From Ignavibacteriota bacterium (GTDB lineage: Bacteria; Bacteroidota; Ignavibacteria; UBA10030; UBA6906): a stretch of 64,000 bases of DNA. A model generated the notes under the pieces. The model saw nothing but the letters and a program-made list of their open reading frames with translations, searched no databases and was not told the origin of the DNA. This document shows, one piece after another, positions 57,173-64,000 of the stretch. The position numbers and the translations under genes are program-made. Numbering within the stretch: position 1 is the first letter of the stretch; every line of letters starts with the position of its first letter. The stretch is from positions 576,001 to 640,000 of the forward strand of contig CAWDEM010000004.1 in the NCBI GenBank assembly GCA_963801355.1. Reading direction: 5' to 3'.

Positions 57173-58336
57173 ATGATGGAAATCCTGAATCGATGTTGTG
57201 CCAAAGCCGCGGACCTGAAGCGGAACATTGTTGTCCGGGTTCTCATCCCCGTTCTTGCAGCATCTGTGCCCGTCGTGCTGCCGGCGCAGGAACATGCGCA
57301 CTTCCAACTCTCGCTGGATCTCCATACGGCGTCGGCCGATCGCACACTTGAAATCTACCAGGGTCTGTCAGGCCGGCCGGCGGATGCCGCCCGGGAACGG
57401 GGAAGCCAGTTGTCGCTGGCAGTCACGAGGAGTCTGGCGGGGCGGGCTCTTGACGCCGCGGATCTCGAAGCGGCGCTTGCAGCAGCGAAGTTCAACCAGG
57501 ATCCCGGGGATGACGTGTTCCAGATGCGATTCGCCCGCGAGAATGTCGGTGCGCTCAAAGACTTGCTGCTGGAACTCCGGCGAAGGAATTTCGCGCAGAA
57601 AGTGGTGAGTACCGTCGAACAGCTCTTTCCCGCCGATGCACGGGTCCAGGCGCGCATCCCGATGTTTGTTGTTGCGTTCGGCCACAAGAATATTGATGCC
57701 TATGTCGTCAGGGTACGCTGGGAGGGGAACGTGCCCATTCCGGTGGGCGAGAATGAAGGGGAACTGACAATCGTCGTGAATCTCGCCAAGGCTGTGCTGT
57801 ACGGCAGCAGTACCGAGGAGCGGTTTGTCGGGCTCCTGAGCGTTGTGGCCCATGAAGTATTTCATGCTGCATACGGTGTGTACAAGGAGACATCCCCCGA
57901 ATGGCGCGCGTACTACAGCATCCCGCGGGGGCCATTCGAGGATCTGCTGGATCTCTCCCAGAATGAAGGAATTGCCTACTACCTCTCGCTGATACAACAA
58001 ACACATGGACGCCTTCCCGGAGATGGACTTCAGCGCGCCCACACTGCGTTTGCCCGGTTCAACGATGCGGCTGCGGAATTGCTCTCTCCCACAGCGGCGG
58101 CCGGCCGGGTTTCCGACCTCCTGCGTGATGCCAACACCTCGGGATATTGGGAAAGTTACGGGTCGATTACCGGGATGATCGTCGCGCGGCAGATAGACCA
58201 GACGTTGGGACGGACTGCATTGGTGGAGACCCTGCGCGGGAATCCGGCGAAGTTTTTCAAAACATACGCGGAGTTGATGCGCCGTGACAACGGCCTGCCT
58301 GCCTTGAGTCCCCTGGTGATCCGCATGTTGAGGTGA
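57173..58336 (+). CDS. Putative exported Zn-dependent protease (DUF5700-like)
   Basis: Gluzincin motifs AHEVFH and NEGIAYY; signal-like N-terminus; start uncertain. Confidence 0.65.
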   Translation: MMEILNRCCAKAADLKRNIVVRVLIPVLAASVPVVLPAQEHAHFQLSLDLHTASADRTLEIYQGLSGRPADAARERGSQLSLAVTRSLAGRALDAADLEAALAAAKFNQDPGDDVFQMRFARENVGALKDLLLELRRRNFAQKVVSTVEQLFPADARVQARIPMFVVAFGHKNIDAYVVRVRWEGNVPIPVGENEGELTIVVNLAKAVLYGSSTEERFVGLLSVVAHEVFHAAYGVYKETSPEWRAYYSIPRGPFEDLLDLSQNEGIAYYLSLIQQTHGRLPGDGLQRAHTAFARFNDAAAELLSPTAAAGRVSDLLRDANTSGYWESYGSITGMIVARQIDQTLGRTALVETLRGNPAKFFKTYAELMRRDNGLPALSPLVIRMLR

Positions 58337-58388
58337 GCCCCAGTGATTCGTTGCGGTTCCCGCCAACTTTTGGTACCTTGTACAGTCC

Positions 58389-59636
58389 GTGAATCTCTTC
58401 ATCAAAAATATCACCCAGCTGGTCACCGTCGGGTCATCCGGAAAACCGTGGAAAATCGGCACGGAGATGCAGGATATCGGCGTGATGGAACATGCCGGTG
58501 TGCTCTGCCGGGAGGGAAAGATCGCCTGGGTGGGCCCGATGAACAGTTTTGAGGAGGCCCTCCCTGATGACATGCCCGAGCTGGATGCATCGGGATCCGT
58601 TGTCCTTCCGGGGTTCGTGGACTCCCACACGCACGCGATGTTTGCGGGGAGCCGCGCGGGCGAGTTCGCCCTTCGTTCACGGGGAGCAACCTATCAGGAA
58701 ATTGCCGCGGCCGGAGGCGGCATTCTGAACACGATACGCGACGTCCGGTCAGCATCGAAGAAAGAACTCAAGCGCAGCACGGCCAGGCATCTTGCGGAGA
58801 TGATGAAACAGGGGACCACCACCGTAGAAATTAAAACCGGCTACGGCCTCGAAATGGATTCTGAAGTAAAAATGCTGGAGGCCATCAACGAAGTGGCGGA
58901 AGAAGAAATGGCCACGGTGGTATCGACGTTTCTGGGCGCGCATGCGATACCCCCGGAGTTCCGCGATGATCCGGATGGGTACGTGCGGCTGGTGGTGGAC
59001 ACAATGATTCCCTATGCGGCCAGGCGGCGCCTCGCTGCATTCTGTGATGTGTTCTGTGAGGACGGTTATTTCGACCTCCGTCAATCCGAGGCAATCCTCA
59101 CTGCGGGGAAGAAGCGGGGAATGGGCGCCAAGATCCACGCCGAAGAACTTTCCTCTCTCGGAGGTGCAGAACTGGCAGCGCGTCTCGGGGCCGTCTCGGC
59201 GGACCATCTGGAACATATCAGCGATCGCGGCATCCGGGCACTGGGCGATGCACGTGTCGTTGCTGTTCTTCTTCCGGGAGTCTCTTTCTTTCTACATCAC
59301 GGGTATGCCCCGGCGAGGGCGCTGATCGAGGCCGGCGTTCCCGTCGCCATCGCCAGCGATTTCAACCCCGGTTCCTGCATGTCGTATTCCATGCCACTCA
59401 TGATGACCATTGCCTGCACACACATGCGAATGAGCCCGGAGGAAGCGCTCACGGCCTGTACGCTCAACGGCGCGGCTGCGCTCGGTCTGTCAGCCACGCA
59501 CGGAAGTATCGAAGTCGGAAAGAATGCCGATCTCGTCGTGGCCGGGGTGGCGGACTACCGCATGCTGGCGTATCACTTTGGCGTGAATCATGTCACCCGC
59601 ACCATCAAGAACGGAACGTTGCTGGAAATTCCCTGA
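58389..59636 (+). CDS. hutI: Imidazolonepropionase
   Basis: PGFVDSHTH, EIKTGYGL, FLGAHA, IHAEE, SADHLE and DFNPGS. Confidence 0.95.
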   Translation: MNLFIKNITQLVTVGSSGKPWKIGTEMQDIGVMEHAGVLCREGKIAWVGPMNSFEEALPDDMPELDASGSVVLPGFVDSHTHAMFAGSRAGEFALRSRGATYQEIAAAGGGILNTIRDVRSASKKELKRSTARHLAEMMKQGTTTVEIKTGYGLEMDSEVKMLEAINEVAEEEMATVVSTFLGAHAIPPEFRDDPDGYVRLVVDTMIPYAARRRLAAFCDVFCEDGYFDLRQSEAILTAGKKRGMGAKIHAEELSSLGGAELAARLGAVSADHLEHISDRGIRALGDARVVAVLLPGVSFFLHHGYAPARALIEAGVPVAIASDFNPGSCMSYSMPLMMTIACTHMRMSPEEALTACTLNGAAALGLSATHGSIEVGKNADLVVAGVADYRMLAYHFGVNHVTRTIKNGTLLEIP

Positions 59637-59647
59637 ACGGAGCTTTG

Positions 59648-60670
59648 ATGTCCGCTATCGTCGAATGCGTGCCGAATTTCAGTGAAGGAAGAGATGCCGC
59701 GATCATTGCGGCAATCGGTGCAGCGGTGCGCGGTGTTCCCCGCGTGAAGCTCCTCAGTGTTGAGCCGGACAGGGACTACAACCGCACTGTCGTGACGTTC
59801 ATCGGCGCGCCGGAAAGTGTTGTGGAGGCTGCGTTCCAGGCGACGCGTGTCGCCGCCGAGCGGATTGACATGACAAGACATACGGGTGAGCATCCGCGCA
59901 TCGGTGCCACCGATGTCGTGCCGTTCGTGCCGGTTGCGGGCGTGGGCATGGAGGATTGCGTGCGCCTGGCCCGTGCATTCGGGAAGAGGGTGGGGGAGGA
60001 GTTGAACATCCCCGTCTATCTGTACGAGGAAGCCGCAACCCGGCCGGAGCGCAGGAATCTTGCGGCTGTCAGGAAGGGGGAATACGAGGGACTGCCTGCG
60101 AAACTTCAGGACCCGGACTGGCAACCTGATTTCGGCCCTGCGGATTTTCCACCCCGCTCAGGCGCTACGATTGCCGGGGCCCGGATGTTCCTGATCGCGT
60201 ACAATGTGAACCTCAACACCAATGACCAGGGGATTGCCCACGAAATCGCGCTCCGCATACGCGAGAGCGGCCGGGTGCAGAAAGATGATCGGGGGAATAC
60301 TGTTACCGATGCACAGGGACGAAAGGTGTATGTGCCGGGAACTCTGCGGTCGGTGAAGGCCATGGGAGTTCTGCTGGAGGCGCACAATATCGCGCAAGTC
60401 TCCATCAATCTGGTCAACTACCACCTGACCGCGCCCCATGTTGCGTATGAAGAAGTGAAGCGCCAGGCGGCAAGTCTTGGTGTGGAAGTGACGGGGAGCG
60501 AGATCGTCGGGTTGACGCCGAAAGAGGCGCTTGTCATGGCGGGCCGGTTCTATGCCCCCGGGGTGCACGACGAGGCGGTACTCATCACCACGGCTATCGA
60601 ACGTCTCGGATTGAACCAGCTGGAGCGCTTTGATCCTTCTCGCAAGATTATCGAATCCCAACTACCATGA
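59648..60670 (+). CDS. ftcD: Glutamate formimidoyltransferase
   Basis: ECVPNFSEGRD, HPRIGATDV, GARMFLIAYN and GSEIVG. Confidence 0.92.
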   Translation: MSAIVECVPNFSEGRDAAIIAAIGAAVRGVPRVKLLSVEPDRDYNRTVVTFIGAPESVVEAAFQATRVAAERIDMTRHTGEHPRIGATDVVPFVPVAGVGMEDCVRLARAFGKRVGEELNIPVYLYEEAATRPERRNLAAVRKGEYEGLPAKLQDPDWQPDFGPADFPPRSGATIAGARMFLIAYNVNLNTNDQGIAHEIALRIRESGRVQKDDRGNTVTDAQGRKVYVPGTLRSVKAMGVLLEAHNIAQVSINLVNYHLTAPHVAYEEVKRQAASLGVEVTGSEIVGLTPKEALVMAGRFYAPGVHDEAVLITTAIERLGLNQLERFDPSRKIIESQLP

Positions 60671-60686
60671 AGAACATGAGGTCGCC

Positions 60687-61319
60687 ATGTCCAGTCGCAG
60701 AACGCTGAGCACGTTTCTTGAAGAACTTGCCTCCTCGTCCCCCGCGCCGGGCGGTGGAAGTGTCGCCGCACTTGCAGGCGCCCTGGGCGCAGCCCTCACC
60801 TCCATGGTGTGCAATTTGACTCTCGGCAAGAAGAAATATGCCGACGTGGAGGGTGACCTGAAGAAGGTTCTCGAGCAATCGGAACAGCTGCGGGCGCAGT
60901 TCACCGAGTTGATTGACCGTGACACCGAGGCGTTCAACAAGGTGATGGAAGCCTATGCGCTCCCCAAAGACACCGAACCCCAGAAAGCACTCCGGGCGGC
61001 AGCCGTGCGCGAGGCGACCAAGGAGGCCACGCTGGTCCCGCTGGAGGTCATGAAGCATTGCATTGATGCACTTGCTCTTGCGGAAAGCGTCGTATCGAAG
61101 GGGAACACGAATTCCGTCAGCGATGCCGGTGTCAGCGCCCTCATGCTCCATGCTGCACTCGAAGGGGCGGCGCTCAACGTGCGCATAAACCTGAGTGCGC
61201 TGGGTGATCAGGAGTTTGTCGGGTGGAAAGAGGACGAAGTACAATCCCTGCGCTCGACCAGTGCAATGATGCTGGAAGAAATACAATCCATTGTCGAGGA
61301 CAAGCTAAGGAAAGTGTAA
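60687..61319 (+). CDS. Formiminotetrahydrofolate cyclodeaminase
   Basis: ASSSPAPGGGSVAA, GNTNSVSDAGV and NVRINL; GAGGT RBS. Confidence 0.9.
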   Translation: MSSRRTLSTFLEELASSSPAPGGGSVAALAGALGAALTSMVCNLTLGKKKYADVEGDLKKVLEQSEQLRAQFTELIDRDTEAFNKVMEAYALPKDTEPQKALRAAAVREATKEATLVPLEVMKHCIDALALAESVVSKGNTNSVSDAGVSALMLHAALEGAALNVRINLSALGDQEFVGWKEDEVQSLRSTSAMMLEEIQSIVEDKLRKV

Positions 61320-61326
61320 CACCGCT

Positions 61327-62052
61327 CTACGGTGTCACGAGGAGCGCCGCCGCCACAATCGCTGCGGTTTCGCTCCGGAGACGCCGGTCGCCTACAGACA
61401 CGATTGACCAATGCTGTGCGAGCGCGGAGGCCACCTCCGCGCCGGTAAACCCGCCCTCCGGCCCGATGCACACGGTCCACACAGATGTGCCGTGAGTATC
61501 GGCGGACCTGCCGAACAATGTCGACGCCTGTTCATGGAACAACACCTTCCCACCCTGGGAGCCGGCGATCACTTCTTCAAAGGTCATCACCGGCGGAATT
61601 GCGGGGAGGACGCAGCGTCCGCATTGCTTCATGGCGGCCAATGCGATCGCCTGCCAGCGTTCCACCCGGGCGTGGCGGGCGATCGTGCGCGCGGTGACCA
61701 TGGGGATGATCCTGCAGACGCCGAGCTCGGTGGCCTTCTCGACCACCAGGTCAAACCGTGATGGATTTTTGAGGACGGCCACCGCCAGTGTCACCTGTCG
61801 TGCCGGCTCGTGCAAGCGGGGGTGTGTGGAGAGGATGGAACACTGTGCGGAACGCTTGCGGAGTGTCGCCACGGTGGTGACATAGGCCATTCCCGCGCCG
61901 TCCACGATTCCGATAGTGTCTCCTTCGATGTGGCGCATGACCTGTGTTAGATGCGCAAATTCTTCGCCTTCCACAGTGATGGTGCCGCCCGCAACGGCCC
62001 CCGGGGCCGCGTAGAAGAACTCCAGCCCGGCGGGCACACCGGTGTGCGGCAC
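61327..62052 (-). CDS. rsmE: 16S rRNA m3U1498 methyltransferase
   Basis: HLTQVMR, KATELGV, KQCGR, IGPEGGF and RLRSETA; start approximate. Confidence 0.9.
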   Translation of the reverse strand: MPHTGVPAGLEFFYAAPGAVAGGTITVEGEEFAHLTQVMRHIEGDTIGIVDGAGMAYVTTVATLRKRSAQCSILSTHPRLHEPARQVTLAVAVLKNPSRFDLVVEKATELGVCRIIPMVTARTIARHARVERWQAIALAAMKQCGRCVLPAIPPVMTFEEVIAGSQGGKVLFHEQASTLFGRSADTHGTSVWTVCIGPEGGFTGAEVASALAQHWSIVSVGDRRLRSETAAIVAAALLVTP

Positions 62053-62059
62053 TGTATTC

Positions 62060-63382
62060 TCAGATGGCACGTCGAAAGTCCAGAATAAATTGTCCCTTTC
62101 CGAGGTTGTTCCAGGCATAGTCCGTGCGGACGATCATGCCGTACGGGAGAAGGAAGTCGAGTCCGCCTCCGTACCCCGATGCAACGGAACTGAGGGCGAC
62201 GCCCTGGCCGCGGTACCAGGTTGTGCCCGCATCTGCGAAGAGCACGATGCCTACGCCGAAACGCCAAACCGAAAATTCGTCCGGGAGAATGGGACTGGAC
62301 ACGCGGAATACGCGTGCCGGGAAGATCGGATAGCGCAGCTCAACGGTGGAAGTAACAATATGTTCCCCTTCAAACACCGTTTTGAAATAGCCGCGGACGC
62401 GGTCGCCGTAGCCCAGGTAGACATGGGCGTACGTCGGGATTTCCCCTCCTGCCATGAACGCTGCATGAAGCCTCACGGCGAGGGTGAACGACGGGGGAAG
62501 AGGAATGTACTTCCGGAGGTCAACGCCCATGCGAGTAAAATTCACAGGGGAAGTCCCCAGGCCGGACCTTGTGACGTACGCGGATCCGTAGTTCCCCTTC
62601 GTGGAGTATTCGGAAAGGTCGCGGCTGTCGTACTGATAGGAGGCGCTGGCATAGAGGTACCGGTCGGTTCCGTCTGCTGAAACGGTCCGGCCCGGTCTGT
62701 ATGCGGAGATCTTCACCGTGCGATACCCGACATTGATGCCTGCATACTGGTACAGGTCGAAGCGTTTGCCGGTGGAGATGTTGCCGTCATAGTGGAGTTC
62801 ATCGAAGCTTCCTGAGACCAGTGCTTCCTGCTCGCTGCGATTGCGTGTTGTGCTGTAGGAAATCTGGGCACCAAACGATATCCGGTTGTCGTGATCGACA
62901 AGGGGATCGGCAAAAGAGAGTTGGGCAGATGGGTCGGCGCCGAAGACCACCGATCCAAACAGCTTCTGGTTTCTGCCCTGGAAGTTGTTGTGGTAGAGTC
63001 CCGCGCCGTAGTAGGCCCGTTCGACGTCTCCGTCCCTGAAGCCGAAGAGCGGCACGGGAAAAATGAACCAGCGTTCATTCACCAGGACGCGGAGGATGCT
63101 GCGCGCCTGCAACGTATCGAGAAAGAGATCGACGCTCGTAAAAAGGCCGAGGCTGTAGATGCGATTGCGGTCGAATTCGATCATCTCGGGCGTGAACTGC
63201 ACTCCGGCGGTGATGGACATTTCATTCAGGATGACATACGGGCGGGTGTGGGTGTTGCCGGACACGACGACGCTATCCACCGGTCCGAGGAAGAATGGCT
63301 CACGTTGCGGCTGTATCTGGCCCGGCCCGCTGCAGTTCGCCCCCAGAAGGAGAAACACCATGAAGACGCCGCGCTTCGTCAT
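62060..63382 (-). CDS. Omp85 (BamA/TamA)-family outer-membrane protein with one POTRA domain
   Basis: POTRA motifs GNTHTRPYVI and IYSLGLFTSV, NFQGRNQKL barrel start, VRGY loop and FADAG. Confidence 0.8.
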   Translation of the reverse strand: MTKRGVFMVFLLLGANCSGPGQIQPQREPFFLGPVDSVVVSGNTHTRPYVILNEMSITAGVQFTPEMIEFDRNRIYSLGLFTSVDLFLDTLQARSILRVLVNERWFIFPVPLFGFRDGDVERAYYGAGLYHNNFQGRNQKLFGSVVFGADPSAQLSFADPLVDHDNRISFGAQISYSTTRNRSEQEALVSGSFDELHYDGNISTGKRFDLYQYAGINVGYRTVKISAYRPGRTVSADGTDRYLYASASYQYDSRDLSEYSTKGNYGSAYVTRSGLGTSPVNFTRMGVDLRKYIPLPPSFTLAVRLHAAFMAGGEIPTYAHVYLGYGDRVRGYFKTVFEGEHIVTSTVELRYPIFPARVFRVSSPILPDEFSVWRFGVGIVLFADAGTTWYRGQGVALSSVASGYGGGLDFLLPYGMIVRTDYAWNNLGKGQFILDFRRAI

Positions 63383-63999
63383 TTGGCGAGGAGGTCCATT
63401 GCCTGATGGGCTGCCGCCTGTTCGGCGTCTTTCTTGTTTTTGCCGGAGCCGGTCCCGCGCCGTTCGTTGCGCAGCAGCACGTCAACCGTAAACGTGCGGT
63501 CATGGTCCGGCCCTTCCTCTTTAACGATGAGGTACCGCGGAACGCCAAGCCCGTGGGATTGAGCATATTCGAGCAGTCTGCTCTTGTGGTTCTCGTCCGC
63601 AGTCGTGGTCACCGCTCCGTATGTCATTGCCTGTGTCACCTGTCGCTCGACGAAGCGGCGGGCTGCGACGAATCCGCGATCGAGGTAGATTGCCGCGACG
63701 ATGGCCTCGAATGTGTCGGCGATAATGGTATCATAGCCCCTGCCGATGGACTGCGCGGCGCTCGGACTCATAAGGATGAAGTCAGAGAGGCGGAGTGCCT
63801 TCGCATACGCGGCGAGGGCTTTGCGATTCACCAGGCGCGATCGCATTTTGGTGAGGTCGCCCTCGGGGGCGTGAGGATACCGTGCATAGAGATGCTCGCC
63901 GACGATGAGATTCAGGACTGAGTCACCGAGGTACTCCAGGCGCTCGTTGGAGGAACTTGTGTGGCCCGGCCGTTGAGGAAACGATCGATGCAGGAGGGC
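63379..63999 (-). CDS. rnc: Ribonuclease III (5' end outside the window)
   Basis: ALLHRS, signature NERLEYLGDSVL, DTFEAIVAAIYLD and a dsRBD with GPDHDRTF...KKDAEQAAA. Confidence 0.95.
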   Translation of the reverse strand, partial: ALLHRSFPQRPGHTSSSNERLEYLGDSVLNLIVGEHLYARYPHAPEGDLTKMRSRLVNRKALAAYAKALRLSDFILMSPSAAQSIGRGYDTIIADTFEAIVAAIYLDRGFVAARRFVERQVTQAMTYGAVTTTADENHKSRLLEYAQSHGLGVPRYLIVKEEGPDHDRTFTVDVLLRNERRGTGSGKNKKDAEQAAAHQAMDLLAK

Positions 64000-64000
64000 G

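Noticed and set aside
1-64000. tRNA, rRNA, CRISPR arrays, IS elements, integrases, prophage
   Set aside because: None recognised by eye; intergenic gaps are short and lack such signatures. A covariance-model scan would be needed to exclude small RNAs.

Overview
A gene-dense, high-GC bacterial chromosomal segment with about 59 CDS. I found no rRNA, tRNA, CRISPR array, transposase or prophage. Several features point to the FCB superphylum, probably an Ignavibacteria-like lineage: a T9SS C-terminal sorting domain, a MoxR-DUF58-BatA-E operon, a GldAFG-type ABC system, and many signal peptides that would expose Gln after cleavage. Recognisable blocks are kdgK; ppx-CHAD; moxR/bat; a lipoate ligase divergent from aceE-aceF-lpdA; glutathione peroxidase; gldA-gldF-gldG-DUF4340; an orphan GroES; queF; pfkA; an fpg/nei-dinB-rho-C45 peptidase operon; a TPP-riboswitch-controlled TonB receptor-thiN-sodium:solute symporter operon; a sigma54 response regulator; a roughly 10 kb add-sixA-DUF355-ridA-hutU-hutI-ftcD run; and rnc-omp85-rsmE. 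The best candidates for undescribed biology are: (1) a divergent DksA/TraR zinc-finger gene followed by an OTCase-fold transcarbamylase that keeps its carbamoyl-phosphate site but has lost the ornithine-binding motifs; (2) a two-gene operon encoding a membrane TolB-like/TPR sensor with no enzymatic output and a 1161-aa coiled-coil protein that shares a TPR-like unit with it; (3) an adenosine deaminase-SixA-DUF355 triad that may be a phosphohistidine switch; (4) a short Rho paralogue with a degenerate primary RNA-binding site; (5) a RidA carrying a lipoprotein signal; (6) an unannotated 49-aa ORF with its own terminator and sigma54-like upstream elements. All family assignments come from motif recognition by eye, not database searches, and some start codons were re-chosen from ribosome-binding-site (RBS) context.
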